Shown: positions 52,560 to 64,000 of the stretch, one piece after another
Position numbering within the stretch: the first letter of the stretch is position 1
Layout: every line of letters begins with the position of its first letter
Notes under the pieces: model-generated
Databases searched by the model: none
What the model was told of the DNA's origin: nothing
The model's input: the letters and a program-made list of their open reading frames with translations, nothing else
Origin: Synechococcus sp.
GTDB lineage: Bacteria; Cyanobacteriota; Cyanobacteriia; PCC-6307; Cyanobiaceae
Direction: 5' to 3'
NCBI GenBank assembly: GCA_047285805.1
Contig: JBJBCN010000003.1
Location: forward strand, 640,001 to 704,000
DNA: 64,000 bases
Made by a program: the position numbers and the translations under genes

Positions 52560-52588
52560 TGTCTAATTGTTATTACCTGTAATTGATC

Positions 52589-52627
52589 AAAAGAAAAAGC
52601 CCACCGGTTTGATCAGAACCGGCAGGC
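52589..52627 (-). terminator. Intrinsic terminator downstream of the integrase and tRNA-like element
   Basis: Minus strand GCCTGCCGGTT-loop-AACCGGTGGGC-TTTTTCTTTT. Confidence 0.75.
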
Positions 52628-52629
52628 AA

Positions 52630-52691
52630 GGACTGGCGATGGAATCAAACCACCGAAGCAACTAACTAATTGCTTCTACTTCAGTTCAGTC
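52630..52691 (-). ncRNA. Miniature tRNA-like structure 2 (no D-arm)
   Basis: Minus strand GACTG...GAAGCAA-8nt-TTGCTTC-GGTGG-TTTGATT-CCATC-GC-CAGTC-C. Confidence 0.5.
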
Positions 52692-52725
52692 ATTGGTAAG
52701 TGTTTTCTTATTTGTGCGTCCTTGA

Positions 52726-54174
52726 TTACTGCGTCCACTCAAGGTGGTCTTCTGCTTTCTTAAGCGACTTCCTACCCTTTCCGAGAATCTCGGTTGCTTC
52801 ATCGGCACGGTAGTGGAAGTAATGATCTTCGATGTACTGCATACTTGTATCTGTATTGGCAGCAAGTACGGGTAGCGGTGTTCCCGCTTTAAGTCGCATC
52901 GTGATGTGCGTATGGCGGAATGAATACCACGTGATGTTCTTCCCCGACTTCATGTCAACCTTGCGGCAACTATTGGAATCATCTTCACTCCAGTCAGCAA
53001 GACGTGCTTCGACTAATGCTTCACAGAATCCATCACGCCTTATGCGTTCACTGAACATCCGTCCATCACGTTGATTGCAAAAGATGTAGTCATCCTTTTT
53101 GCTGTGCTTGGTGACTTCCCGAATCTTTTCAAGGTGTGCAGCAATAGGCGCTGAGATTCTGTAGTACCTACCAGTCTTAGTGTTTTCAGGTGGTACTTCG
53201 ATGATGATCCACGTCTTCCTTTCTGCCTTGGGAATGGATGTGTTTTCGGAGATGTGTTTCCACTGCACTTTCCACAATGAACCGGGTCTTATTCCCGTAT
53301 CCATCATGATCCGCATTGCGTAGTAGAGAAGTTTGCGGTGGATAAGTTGGTTCGTACTGCGCTCACCTTTCCCAGTCACTTTCTGCTTGGTGACATATGA
53401 AGAACCTTTCTTCAAAGGCTCACCATCACTGTCTAGTTGCCGCTCTAGCCCGTTGATCCAGTAGAGGCGAGAGGCGCGTTCTAGTTCCAGCCATTCGCGC
53501 TCTGTAAGGTCATCCCTGCGGTGCTTCTTATCCTTCGGTAGCTTGATGCTGGGTATCTGAGGAAGGCTGTCGCGTGAGACATAGCCCTGAGCTATACCAA
53601 CCTCATCAAAAGCTCTCTTGAGCGTTGACATTTCTTGGAGGATTGTTGTCTGTACTGGAATCTGTTTGCCGAACTCCAGTGCTCTTTCTTTCCTCCACGT
53701 CTCATAGTTCAGGAACGCCGAGCGTTTGAACTTATGAATAATCTTCTTATCGTCACCGACATAATCACGAACCCAGCGTAGTTGAGTCTCAAGTAAGCGA
53801 TACCTGGCGGCAGAGATTCCCTGGTGTGGGATAGAACTTATCTTCTTCTTTTCCTTTGAAAGGAACTCCTTGCACATATTTCCGAATCCCAGTGAGCGTA
53901 TTGCTTCGCCTCTATCAGCCTTAGCCTTTAGTTCCATGTACATGGCTAACCCAAGCATCCAAGCCTGCTCTTGGGTTTCACTAATAGGTTCTGGTGCTAC
54001 GCCGTTGTGATCCTTGAGCGCAAACCTATGCCTTGTGCCAGCAAAGCGATCGTAAAAATACAGATGCCATCTACCACCCTTGTCTCCACGCCGATAGACA
54101 TAGGAGTAGGGATCAGTAGGAATGTCCTTTCTATCAAGGACGTTCTGTGTTTTCCGCAGTGCTGCGGCAGGCAT
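52726..54174 (-). CDS. Tyrosine recombinase / phage-type integrase
   Basis: N-terminal arm-binding-like beta domain; catalytic R (DTGIRP), K (NTKTG), YSFRH and C-terminal Tyr (DHY); adjacent to attR. Confidence 0.93.
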   Translation of the reverse strand: MPAAALRKTQNVLDRKDIPTDPYSYVYRRGDKGGRWHLYFYDRFAGTRHRFALKDHNGVAPEPISETQEQAWMLGLAMYMELKAKADRGEAIRSLGFGNMCKEFLSKEKKKISSIPHQGISAARYRLLETQLRWVRDYVGDDKKIIHKFKRSAFLNYETWRKERALEFGKQIPVQTTILQEMSTLKRAFDEVGIAQGYVSRDSLPQIPSIKLPKDKKHRRDDLTEREWLELERASRLYWINGLERQLDSDGEPLKKGSSYVTKQKVTGKGERSTNQLIHRKLLYYAMRIMMDTGIRPGSLWKVQWKHISENTSIPKAERKTWIIIEVPPENTKTGRYYRISAPIAAHLEKIREVTKHSKKDDYIFCNQRDGRMFSERIRRDGFCEALVEARLADWSEDDSNSCRKVDMKSGKNITWYSFRHTHITMRLKAGTPLPVLAANTDTSMQYIEDHYFHYRADEATEILGKGRKSLKKAEDHLEWTQ

Positions 54175-54176
54175 TT

Positions 54177-54254
54177 GGGTAACGCTTTGGTAACACCAGC
54201 ACCATCACCACAGCGTTTTTACGTGATGACTGTTCTAGGTAACACCAGGGTAAC
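54177..54254 (+). repeat. Two pairs of arm-type GGTAAC repeats (11-bp period)
   Basis: Pairs at 54177/54188 and 54237/54248; three copies read GGTAACACCAG. Confidence 0.8.
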
Positions 54255-54320
54255 ACCAGTGCTGTCGGAGCGCAACCCTGTCATAGCAAGGGGTCTGGCC
54301 GCAACATGCATGTACGTATC

Positions 54321-54337
54321 CATCAACGCCGACTACA
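54321..54337 (+). repeat. attR core / displaced argJ 3' end
   Basis: Identical 17-mer; reads YVSINADYMT* in the argJ frame (TAA at 54343-54345). Confidence 0.92.
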
Positions 54338-54349
54338 TGACCTAAAGCC

Positions 54350-54886
54350 ATGCCTACGATCAAACACCATCGACCAGTTGAGATGGCTAAGGCCGGAGCA
54401 CCCCATAAGCTGGCTCCGAGTGGTCTCCCCCGGATCTGGATGGGTCCGTTGGTGGCAGGGGTCAGCTTCGCTTTGGCCTATGGGATCACCCACCGCCTGA
54501 GCGCCATCAACCTGGGCGATTTCATTCGCCTGAGCCCTCGTTTTGAGCAAAAGCAGACCCCTGGGGTGAGCCTCAAGGACATGCGCTTGCGTTACGGCGA
54601 ACAGCCGTCGGAACTGCGTTCCGATCTCGATCCCCAGCAGTTGGAGCTGTTGCGCAAGGCTGAGGAGCATGCCGAAGCGCTCGAGAAGGCCAAGGCGGAT
54701 GCCGAAGCCAAAGCCGAGCGTGAAGCCGCCGGCCAGGCCGCTCCGCCGAAGCCCGCTCAATCCGCCAAGCCAGCAACCAACCAGGCCGAAGAGCCACCGG
54801 TTGCGCCAAAGCCCCAATTGCAGACCCCTGCACCCAACAGGCCGCAGTCATCGGTTCCTCTCTTGGACTTGCCTCCCCTTCAGTAG
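54350..54886 (+). CDS. Hypothetical membrane-anchored protein with Pro/Ala-rich tail
   Basis: WMGPLVAGVSFALAYGITHRL TM segment; host-like GC resumes. Start may be 54383. Confidence 0.7.
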   Translation: MPTIKHHRPVEMAKAGAPHKLAPSGLPRIWMGPLVAGVSFALAYGITHRLSAINLGDFIRLSPRFEQKQTPGVSLKDMRLRYGEQPSELRSDLDPQQLELLRKAEEHAEALEKAKADAEAKAEREAAGQAAPPKPAQSAKPATNQAEEPPVAPKPQLQTPAPNRPQSSVPLLDLPPLQ

Positions 54887-54928
54887 CTCCGATCTGCCAC
54901 GATTTGGGTGACTCTCGAGCGGTCCGCC

Positions 54929-55243
54929 ATGAGTGAGCCTCAGACCCTTGTTCAGGCGGCCCTTAATCGTCTGAGTGCCCGCCTGGGAAGCGGTCTTGCG
55001 GATGCCGCTGCTGGCCTTACGGTCCTGGCCCAAGACGCCCCCGACCGTTTGCGCCAGGAGTGGGACCTTTTTAAAGAAGAGGTGGAGCTCGAAGCCCAAC
55101 GGCTCGAGCATGGCGAGCAGGAGGTGCCGGCGGCGGAGTCCGTCATGGCCTCGTCTTCTCCACCGCTAGATCCCCAGCAACAGATCGATCAGCTCCGCGC
55201 CCAGGTCACTCGCTTGGCCCGCCGCCTCGAGGGGCCCGCTTGA
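54929..55243 (+). CDS. Conserved hypothetical coiled-coil protein
   Basis: Coupled to the ABC1 kinase start (TGATG). Confidence 0.7.
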   Translation: MSEPQTLVQAALNRLSARLGSGLADAAAGLTVLAQDAPDRLRQEWDLFKEEVELEAQRLEHGEQEVPAAESVMASSSPPLDPQQQIDQLRAQVTRLARRLEGPA

Positions 55244-56910
55244 TGAGCCGCCTTGGACCTGCACTGGTGAGCGCGCTTCGCTCCCTGCGGATCTGGTCTG
55301 CCGTTCTTCAGCTCCTGCTGTTTCTTTGGTGGGATGCTCAATCCTGGAGTTATCCCGGCGGTGTCACCCAGGATCGGCAAGAGCTCCGCCAGCGGCGCCG
55401 TGCCCGCTGGCTGACGACCCAGTTGCTCGCGTTGGGGTCGGCGTTCATCAAGTTGGGTCAGTTGCTCTCGGCCAGGCCGGATGTCTTGCCGGCCAGTTGG
55501 GTCGCGGAACTTTCCAGCCTTCAGGACAGCGTCCCGGCCTTCTCCTTTGATACGGCACAGTCTCTTCTGGAGCAGGAGCTCGGTGAGCGCTGTGCCGAGA
55601 TCATCGATATCGAAGAGCAGCCCCTCGGCGCCGCCAGTCTGGCTCAGGTGCATCGAGCCAGCCTCCGCAGTGGCCGGCAGGTGGTCTTCAAGATCCAACG
55701 GCCTGGTTTGGAGCGCCTCTTCCGCCTGGACCTCGAGGTCATGCAACAGGTGGCTGCGGTGCTGCAGCGCCATCCCCAGTGGGGGGTGGGACGCGATTGG
55801 GTCTCCATCGCTCAGGAATGTCGACGCGTGCTGCTGCGGGAGCTCGATTTCCGCCTGGAGGCCGAACATGCCGCCCGTTTCCGCCAGCAATTTCTGGATG
55901 ATGCGGGCATTCGAATTCCAGCGGTCGTCTGGGAACTCACCACCCGCCGGGTGCTCTGCCTCGACTATGTGCCCGGGATCAAGATCAACGACCGCCAGGC
56001 CCTGATTGAGGCCGGCATCGATCCCTCAGCCGTCGCCGAAAAAGGCGCAGCCAGCTACCTGCAGCAGCTGGTGTGCTTTGGATTCTTCCATGCCGATCCC
56101 CACCCTGGGAATTTAGCTGTAGCCCGTGATGGCGCTCTCATCTACTACGACTTCGGCATGGTCGGCACCTTGTCTCAGCGTCTGCGTAGTCGTCTGGGCC
56201 GGATGGTGACCGCCGCCGCCGCTCGGGACGCGTCGAGCCTCGTGTGTGAACTCCAGGCCGCCGGTGTCATCGCCACCGAAATTGATCCGGGCCCGGTACG
56301 CCGCATGGTGCGCGTGATGCTCGCGGAGGCCCTCACGCCGCCGTTCTCCCCCAATATCCTCGACAAACTCTCCGGCGATCTCTACGACTTGGTCTACGGG
56401 CAGCCTTTCCGTCTGCCCCCGGAGCTGATCTTCGTGATGCGGGCCCTCTCCACCTTTGAGGGGGTCGGCCGCAGCCTGGATCCCAGCTTTAGCCTCGTGG
56501 CCATCGCCCGTCCCTATCTGCTTCCGCTCATGACCGCCAGTGGCAACGGACCCAACGATCTCTTCAATCAGTTGGGGCGTCAGGCCGTCGAAGTCGGGAG
56601 CCGTGCCTTGGGATTGCCCCAGCGCCTGGAGGACAGCCTTAGCCGGATCGAGCAGGGTGATCTCCAGGTGCAGATTCGCGCCGGTGAAACCGATCGTTTG
56701 CTGCGCCGTCTGGCCCTGAGTCAGCAGAGCGCGGGGCAATCCGTGCTGCTTGGCGCTCTCACCATCGCAGCCGCGATGCTCGCAGTCAGCACCAAGCCGG
56801 CTTTGACCTGCATTCCTGTGGTCGCCGGTGTCCCGGTGGGTCTGAGCTGGTTGAAGCTGCAGGCCCGTCTCAAGCGCGACGCCCGCATCGACAAGCTCGG
56901 CAATTCCTGA
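55243..56910 (+). CDS. ABC1/AarF/UbiB-family kinase
   Basis: IKLGQLLSARPD, AASLAQVH, FFHADPHPGN and YDFGM motifs. Confidence 0.95.
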   Translation: MSRLGPALVSALRSLRIWSAVLQLLLFLWWDAQSWSYPGGVTQDRQELRQRRRARWLTTQLLALGSAFIKLGQLLSARPDVLPASWVAELSSLQDSVPAFSFDTAQSLLEQELGERCAEIIDIEEQPLGAASLAQVHRASLRSGRQVVFKIQRPGLERLFRLDLEVMQQVAAVLQRHPQWGVGRDWVSIAQECRRVLLRELDFRLEAEHAARFRQQFLDDAGIRIPAVVWELTTRRVLCLDYVPGIKINDRQALIEAGIDPSAVAEKGAASYLQQLVCFGFFHADPHPGNLAVARDGALIYYDFGMVGTLSQRLRSRLGRMVTAAAARDASSLVCELQAAGVIATEIDPGPVRRMVRVMLAEALTPPFSPNILDKLSGDLYDLVYGQPFRLPPELIFVMRALSTFEGVGRSLDPSFSLVAIARPYLLPLMTASGNGPNDLFNQLGRQAVEVGSRALGLPQRLEDSLSRIEQGDLQVQIRAGETDRLLRRLALSQQSAGQSVLLGALTIAAAMLAVSTKPALTCIPVVAGVPVGLSWLKLQARLKRDARIDKLGNS

Positions 56911-56921
56911 GCGACACCCAT

Positions 56922-56952
56922 AAAAAAATCCCGGGACCGTGGCCCCGGGATT
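56922..56952 (-). terminator. Terminator between the convergent kinase and eno genes
   Basis: AATCCCGGG...CCCGGGATT stem with an A7 flank. Confidence 0.75.
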
Positions 56953-56968
56953 GCTGTTTTTACAGGGC

Positions 56969-58776
<1,808 letters not shown>

Positions 58777-58787
<11 letters not shown>

Positions 58788-61500
58788 TTCCTACGCCGCT
58801 GGCGCTGGCCTCGACAGCCTCACCACGGTTCCTGATCGCTTCAGCGATGCCGCTTGGGACCTGATGCTGGCCAGCCAGGAGCAGACCAGGCGCTGGCGTC
58901 ACGGTGAGATGAACGTGGAGCACCTTCTTCAGGTGCTGCTCAATGACGAGCGCTACGGCGCCTGGGTGGACCCCCTGCCGCTCGATGCCTCCCGCCTGCT
59001 CGATCAGCTGGACGACTTCTGTGCGGATCAACCCACCAGCAGCGCCAGGGATCTCTTCGTCGGCGAGGACTTGGAACTGCTCCTCGAGGAAGCCGATCGC
59101 CAGCGGGGCCAGTGGGGCTCTCGCTTCATCGATGTTCCCCATCTTTTGGCGGCCCTCCTGGACGATCGCCGCATCGCGGGCGCCCTCCTGCAACAGCAGG
59201 GGATGACCCCTGAGGACCTGCGTAGCGCTGGCCCCAGGCCGGCTCCTGCTCCCAGCGCTCCGCCGGCTCCTGTCGTGGAGCCCGCTGCTCCCCAGCGCCC
59301 TTCCGTCTTCAGCACTCCCCCGAGCGAACCCTCCGTCCCTGAGAACGGCCTCAAACTGGAGCAGGAGCCGGCTGCCCTCGAAGAGTTCGGCCGGGACCTC
59401 ACGGCGGCCGCCCGGGCGGGTGATCTCGATCCAGTCATCGGCCGCGACACCGAAATTCGGCGCCTGATGCAGGTGCTCTCCCGCCGAGGCAAGAACAACC
59501 CGGTCCTAATCGGCGAGCCCGGCGTGGGTAAGACCGCCATCGCCGAGCTGCTGGCCCAAAGGATCGTGGCGGGTGAAGTGCCCGACGCCCTTAAGGGGCA
59601 GCGCCTGGTCTCCCTGGATCTGGGGGCCTTAATCGCGGGCGCCAAGTTCCGCGGTCAATTTGAAGAGCGCCTGCGCAGCGTGCTCAAGGAGGTGCGCGAG
59701 GCCGAGGGCGCCGAGGCGGGTGGCGTGATCCTCTTTATCGACGAGCTCCACAACGTCGTGGGGCCCGAGCGCTCCAACAGCGACGCCGGCAGCATCCTCA
59801 AACCGGCGCTGGCCCGGGGTGATCTGCGCTGCATCGGCGCCACGACCCCGGAGGAGTACAGCCGCACCGTTGAGAAGGACCCTGCGCTGAACCGGCGCTT
59901 CCAGCAGGTCCTTATCAAGGAGCCGAGCCTGGAGGAGAGCACCCTGATCCTGCGGGGGCTGAAGGAGCGCTACGAGCTCCACCACGGGGTGGCGATCACC
60001 GATGGCGCCGTCGTGGCCTCAGCCCGCCTCGCGGATCGCTATATCTCCGATCGCTGCCTGCCTGATTCCGCCATCGATCTCATCGATGAGGCCGCTGCCC
60101 AGTTGCGGATGGAGGTCACCTCCAAGCCGCGTCTCGTAGAGGAAGCCGAGAGCGACCTGCGCCGGGTGGAGTTGGCCCTGCTCTCCGCTGAGAGTGCCCC
60201 GGAAGCCGAACGGGTCGCGTTGCAGCAACAGCGCCGCCAGGTGAGCGAGAGGCTGCAGTCCCTGCAGGAGCGTTGGTCTGCGGAGCGCGAGCAGTTGGCG
60301 GAGTTGCGTCAGCTCCTTGCCGATGACGAGGCCCTACGCCTGCAGATCGCCGAGGCCGAACGGGATGGCGATCTTGAGGAGGCGGCCCGGCTGCAATACG
60401 ACCAACTCCATGGCGTGCAGCAGCGCCGCAACGAATTGGAGGATCAACTCCAAGCGAGTCAGCAGAGCGGACAGTCCCTGCTGCGGGAACAGGTGGAAGA
60501 GGGGGATATCGCCGATGTGGTGGCCCGCTGGACCGGGATTCCGGTGCAGCGCCTGATGGCGGGTGAGCGCCAGAAGCTGCTGGAGCTTGAGCAGCGCCTG
60601 GCGGAGCGGGTGATCGGCCAAGGGGAGCCCGTGGGGGCGGTGGCCGCGGCGATCCGTCGCGCCCGCGCCGGCATGAAGGATCCCCGCCGTCCTGTCGGTT
60701 CCTTCCTCTTCCTCGGCCCCACCGGTGTGGGCAAGACTGAACTCGCCAAGGCCCTGGCGGCCTCCCTCTTCGATGAGGAAGAAGCCCTGGTGCGCTTGGA
60801 CATGAGCGAGTTCATGGAGCGCAATGCCGTGGCCCGGCTGCTCGGTGCACCTCCGGGATACGTCGGTTACGAGGAAGGAGGCCAGCTCACCGAGGCGGTG
60901 CGCCGCCGTCCCTACGCGGTTCTGCTGCTTGATGAGGTGGAGAAGGCCCACCCGGATGTTTTCAACGTGCTCCTGCAGGTGCTCGATGAAGGCCGCCTGA
61001 CCGATTCCCAGGGCCGCACGGTCGACTTCCGCCACACCGTGGTGGTGATGACCAGCAACCTGGCCAGCCGGGCGATCCTGGATGCTGCCCGCGGCCAGGC
61101 TGATGCGGCGGCCTTGGAAGAGCAGGTGGAGCGCGCCCTCGCCAGTCAGTTCCGGCCAGAATTCCTGAACCGGATTGATGAAGTGATCCGCTTCCAGCCT
61201 TTGGGGCCGGCCGACCTGCAGCGGATCGTGCGTCTACAAGTGCTGGAGTTGGCCCAGTTGCTCCAGGAGCAGGGGTTGGCTCTGCAGGTGGACGAGCCGG
61301 TCGTGGCTTGGCTGGCGGAGCAGGGGTACGAACCGGAATACGGGGCCCGGCCTCTGCGCCGGCTCCTGCGGCGTCAGATCGAGAACCCCTTGGCGACCGA
61401 GTTGCTCGAGGAGCGCTTCCTGGGTGCTGCCGCCGTTCAGGTCAGCCTGGGCGAGGGCGGCCAATCGCTCTGCTTCAAACCCATCGCAGGCCCTGAATAG
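58777..61500 (+). CDS. clpB: ClpB chaperone (ClpB2-type)
   Basis: Two AAA+ modules ([16 protein letters not shown]) with a coiled-coil M domain. Confidence 0.93.
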
Positions 61501-61594
61501 GACATCCGTTAGTGTGTTTGTTTGCCGGCGCGTGGGCTCAAACGCCGCGCGGCCCGCTGAAGGCTCAGCAGGCTTCATGTTCTGTCCATGAGGC

Positions 61595-61861
61595 TTGACC
61601 CTGATTTCCCCTGTGGAATCTTCATCCGTGGAATCCCAGACCGAACCACAAGTCAAGTCCGACGAGACTGTCGCCACGGAGCCGGTGAAGACCGGCTTTG
61701 TGGCGGACACCGTCGCTGAGTTGCGCAAGGTGGTTTGGCCGAGCCGTCAGCAGCTGTTTGGTGAATCAGTCGCGGTGATCTTGATGGTCACCATCTCGGC
61801 CTTTGCGATCGCCGCCGTCGATCGCTTCTACGGCTGGGGAAGCTCCCAGGTGTTCCGCTGA
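61595..61861 (+). CDS. secE: Preprotein translocase SecE
   Basis: ELRKVVWPSRQ plus one TM; start uncertain. Confidence 0.93.
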   Translation: MTLISPVESSSVESQTEPQVKSDETVATEPVKTGFVADTVAELRKVVWPSRQQLFGESVAVILMVTISAFAIAAVDRFYGWGSSQVFR

Positions 61862-61891
61862 CCCGCTGAATCGTTCGCCCTCTTTATTCCT

Positions 61892-62554
61892 TTGCCCGTG
61901 TCCGACGTCGACCTGACCACTGAAGAATTCGCCGCGGCGGATCTGGCTGCCGACGCTGAACCTGCGGCGCCTGCCGCTGAAGGCCGGGCTCCGATTGCTC
62001 GCTGGTATGCCGTTCAGGTGGCCTCCAGCTGCGAGAAAAAAGTCAAGGCCACCCTGGAGCAGCGGGCCGTCACCCTCGGCGTCGACAACCGCATCCTCGA
62101 GATCGAAATCCCCCAGACCCCCGCGGTCAAACTCAAGAAAGACGGCAGCCGGACGAGCACCGAAGAGAAGGTGTTCCCCGGCTACGTCTTGGTTCGGATG
62201 GTCCTCGATGAGGACACGATGATGGCGGTGCGGAGCACCCCTAACGTGATCAACTTCGTGGGTGCGGAAGATCGCCGTGCCACCGGCAAGGTGCGTGGTC
62301 ATATCAAGCCCCGCCCTCTGAGCCGCCAGGAGGTGGATCGCATCTTCAAGCGGGCTGCCGAGAAGAAGCCTGTCGTGAAGGTCGATCTGGCCGAGGGCGA
62401 TCAGATTCTGGTGACGGCAGGCCCCTTCAAGGACTTCCAAGGCGAAGTCATCGAGGTCTCCGGAGATCGCAACAAGCTCAAAGCTCTGCTCTCGATCTTT
62501 GGTCGGGAAACCCCGGTGGAACTCGAGTTCTCCCAGATCAGCAAACAAAGCTGA
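61892..62554 (+). CDS. nusG: Transcription factor NusG
   Basis: WYAVQV, KVFPGYVLV and KOW GPFKDFQG motifs. Confidence 0.97.
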   Translation: MPVSDVDLTTEEFAAADLAADAEPAAPAAEGRAPIARWYAVQVASSCEKKVKATLEQRAVTLGVDNRILEIEIPQTPAVKLKKDGSRTSTEEKVFPGYVLVRMVLDEDTMMAVRSTPNVINFVGAEDRRATGKVRGHIKPRPLSRQEVDRIFKRAAEKKPVVKVDLAEGDQILVTAGPFKDFQGEVIEVSGDRNKLKALLSIFGRETPVELEFSQISKQS

Positions 62555-62672
62555 TTCCCGTGCGGCCGTCTCCCTGCGGAGGGCGGCCTAAGGCGGTGCT
62601 TCGGTTTTCGGAGTCCGCCGCACACGCTGCCCTAGTGTCGCGGATCCGCAGATTGCTCAAGACGCCAGGACG

Positions 62673-63098
62673 ATGGCAAAAAAAGTTGTAGCTGTGATCA
62701 AGCTGGCACTCGATGCCGGCAAAGCAAACCCCGCGCCACCGGTGGGCCCCGCCCTCGGTCAGCACGGCGTCAACATCATGGCGTTCTGCAAGGAGTACAA
62801 CGCTCGGACGCAGGACAAAGCCGGATACGTGATTCCGGTGGAAATTTCGGTCTTTGAAGACCGCAGCTTCACCTTCATCACCAAGACCCCTCCCGCTTCC
62901 GTGCTGATCGTGAAGGCAGCCGGTATCGCCAAGGGTGCCGCAACCTCTTCCAAGGGTTCTGTCGGGGCCATCAGCCGCGCACAGCTCGAAGAGATCGCCA
63001 AGACCAAGCTGCCCGACCTCAACTGCACCAGCGTTGAGTCGGCCATGCGCATCATCGAAGGCACCGCCCGCAACATGGGCGTTGCTGTGAAGGATTGA
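62673..63098 (+). CDS. rplK: 50S ribosomal protein L11
   Basis: [18 protein letters not shown] motif. Confidence 0.98.
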   Translation: MAKKVVAVIKLALDAGKANPAPPVGPALGQHGVNIMAFCKEYNARTQDKAGYVIPVEISVFEDRSFTFITKTPPASVLIVKAAGIAKGAATSSKGSVGAISRAQLEEIAKTKLPDLNCTSVESAMRIIEGTARNMGVAVKD

Positions 63099-63183
63099 GC
63101 CACGGGTTCATCCCGACTCGTCCCTTCCTTTCTGTTCCTTAGCGGGGGAGAGCTCCTGAGCTCGTCTGCACCCCATTCCTGAC

Positions 63184-63891
63184 ATGCCCAAAATTTCCAA
63201 GCGCTACTCCGCCGCCTTCGGCAAGGTCGAAGAACGCGTCTACGCCCCGCAAGAGGCCGTTGAACTGGTGAAGGCCAACGCCACCGCCAAGTTCGACGAG
63301 ACCGTCGAGGCCCACGCTCGTCTTGGGATCGACCCCAAGTACACCGACCAACAGCTGCGCACCACCGTGGCGCTGCCCCACGGCACCGGTCAGAGCATCC
63401 GGATTGCTGTGATTGCCCGCGGCGAAAAGGTTGCTGAAGCCAAGGCTGCCGGTGCGGACCTGGCCGGTGATGACGATCTGGTCGAAACCATCTCCAAGGG
63501 CGAGATGGAATTCGATCTGCTGATCGCTACCCCGGACATGATGCCCAAGGTGGCCAAACTTGGTCGCGTCCTCGGCCCCCGTGGACTGATGCCCAACCCC
63601 AAGGCCGGCACCGTCACCACCGATCTGGCCTCGGCCATCAACGAGTTCAAGGCCGGCAAACTGGAATTCCGCGCTGACCGTACCGGCATCGTCCACGTGC
63701 GTTTCGGTAAGGCCAGCTTTGACGCTGCCAAGCTGCTGGACAATCTGAAGGCCCTGCAGGAGACCATCGACCGCAACAAGCCCAGCGGTGCGAAGGGGCG
63801 CTATTGGAAGAGCCTTTACATCACCTCCACCATGGGCCCCTCCGTGGAAGTGGATGTGACCGCACTGCAGGACATCAAGCAAGAGGGCTGA
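63184..63891 (+). CDS. rplA: 50S ribosomal protein L1
   Basis: [18 protein letters not shown] and STMGP motifs. Confidence 0.98.
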   Translation: MPKISKRYSAAFGKVEERVYAPQEAVELVKANATAKFDETVEAHARLGIDPKYTDQQLRTTVALPHGTGQSIRIAVIARGEKVAEAKAAGADLAGDDDLVETISKGEMEFDLLIATPDMMPKVAKLGRVLGPRGLMPNPKAGTVTTDLASAINEFKAGKLEFRADRTGIVHVRFGKASFDAAKLLDNLKALQETIDRNKPSGAKGRYWKSLYITSTMGPSVEVDVTALQDIKQEG

Positions 63892-63910
63892 TCGTCCCCG
63901 TTCCTCTGCT

Positions 63911-63940
63911 CAACGCCCCTGCCTCGGCGGGGGCGTTGTT
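63911..63940 (+). terminator. Terminator-like hairpin after rplA
   Basis: CAACGCCCC...GGGGCGTTG stem followed by TTGT. Confidence 0.55.
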
Positions 63941-63984
63941 GTATGTTCATCATCTGGCTAATGCCAGAAGGGTTACGCGCCCTA

Positions 63985-64000
63985 CCCAAGACAGCAGGTC
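63985..64000 (+). promoter_or_regulatory. Probable start of the ribosomal protein L10 leader (truncated by window edge)
   Basis: AAGACAGCAGG motif at the expected position downstream of rplA. Confidence 0.5.

Larger units (their letters stand above)
46351..54337. mobile_element. ~8.0-kb tyrosine-integrase element integrated at argJ (candidate phage satellite / minimal island)
   Basis: Direct-repeat att cores, integrase next to attR, arm repeats at both ends, sharp drop in GC and phage-like small ORFs. Confidence 0.92.

Noticed and set aside
46359..54320. Retron, DGR or CRISPR interpretation of the hairpin-rich element
   Set aside because: No reverse-transcriptase motif (YxDD) or Cas-like ORF, and no regularly spaced repeat-spacer array.
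53971..54345. 124-aa ORF ending YVSINADYMT
   Set aside because: It is antisense to the integrase and crosses the arm repeats. Its tail is simply the displaced argJ end at attR.

Overview
A GC-rich picocyanobacterial (Synechococcus/Cyanobium-like) chromosome segment. It is mostly conserved core genes: valS, ligA, mnmG, dnaB, rplI, two desC-type desaturases, gcvH/gcvP, flv1/flv3, hspA, a SWIM-SNF2 pair, alaS, speA, ndk, thiO, gatB, coaE, argJ, an ABC1 kinase, eno, gloA, clpB, secE-nusG-rplK-rplA. Four things stand out. (1) An AT-richer ~8.0-kb element (46351-54337) is integrated in the 3' end of argJ. It has a 17-bp att core, three pairs of 11-bp-spaced GGTAAC arm repeats and a tyrosine integrase, but no recognisable replication, capsid, terminase or conjugation gene. 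It carries a site resembling a T7 terminal repeat, two miniature tRNA-like (acceptor + T-arm) structures, hairpin arrays, tandem-RHH and DUF3102-like proteins and paralogous small proteins, so it is a candidate minimalist phage satellite. (2) A 726-bp AT-rich sugar N-acetyltransferase cassette is inserted at a duplicated flv3 3' end and splits flv3 from flv1. (3) A 154-nt tRNA-mimic ncRNA candidate lies at 129-282. (4) A pilus/secretion-type gene at 13401-14049 carries three disruptions. All calls come from reading the sequence; no database searches or folding programs were run.
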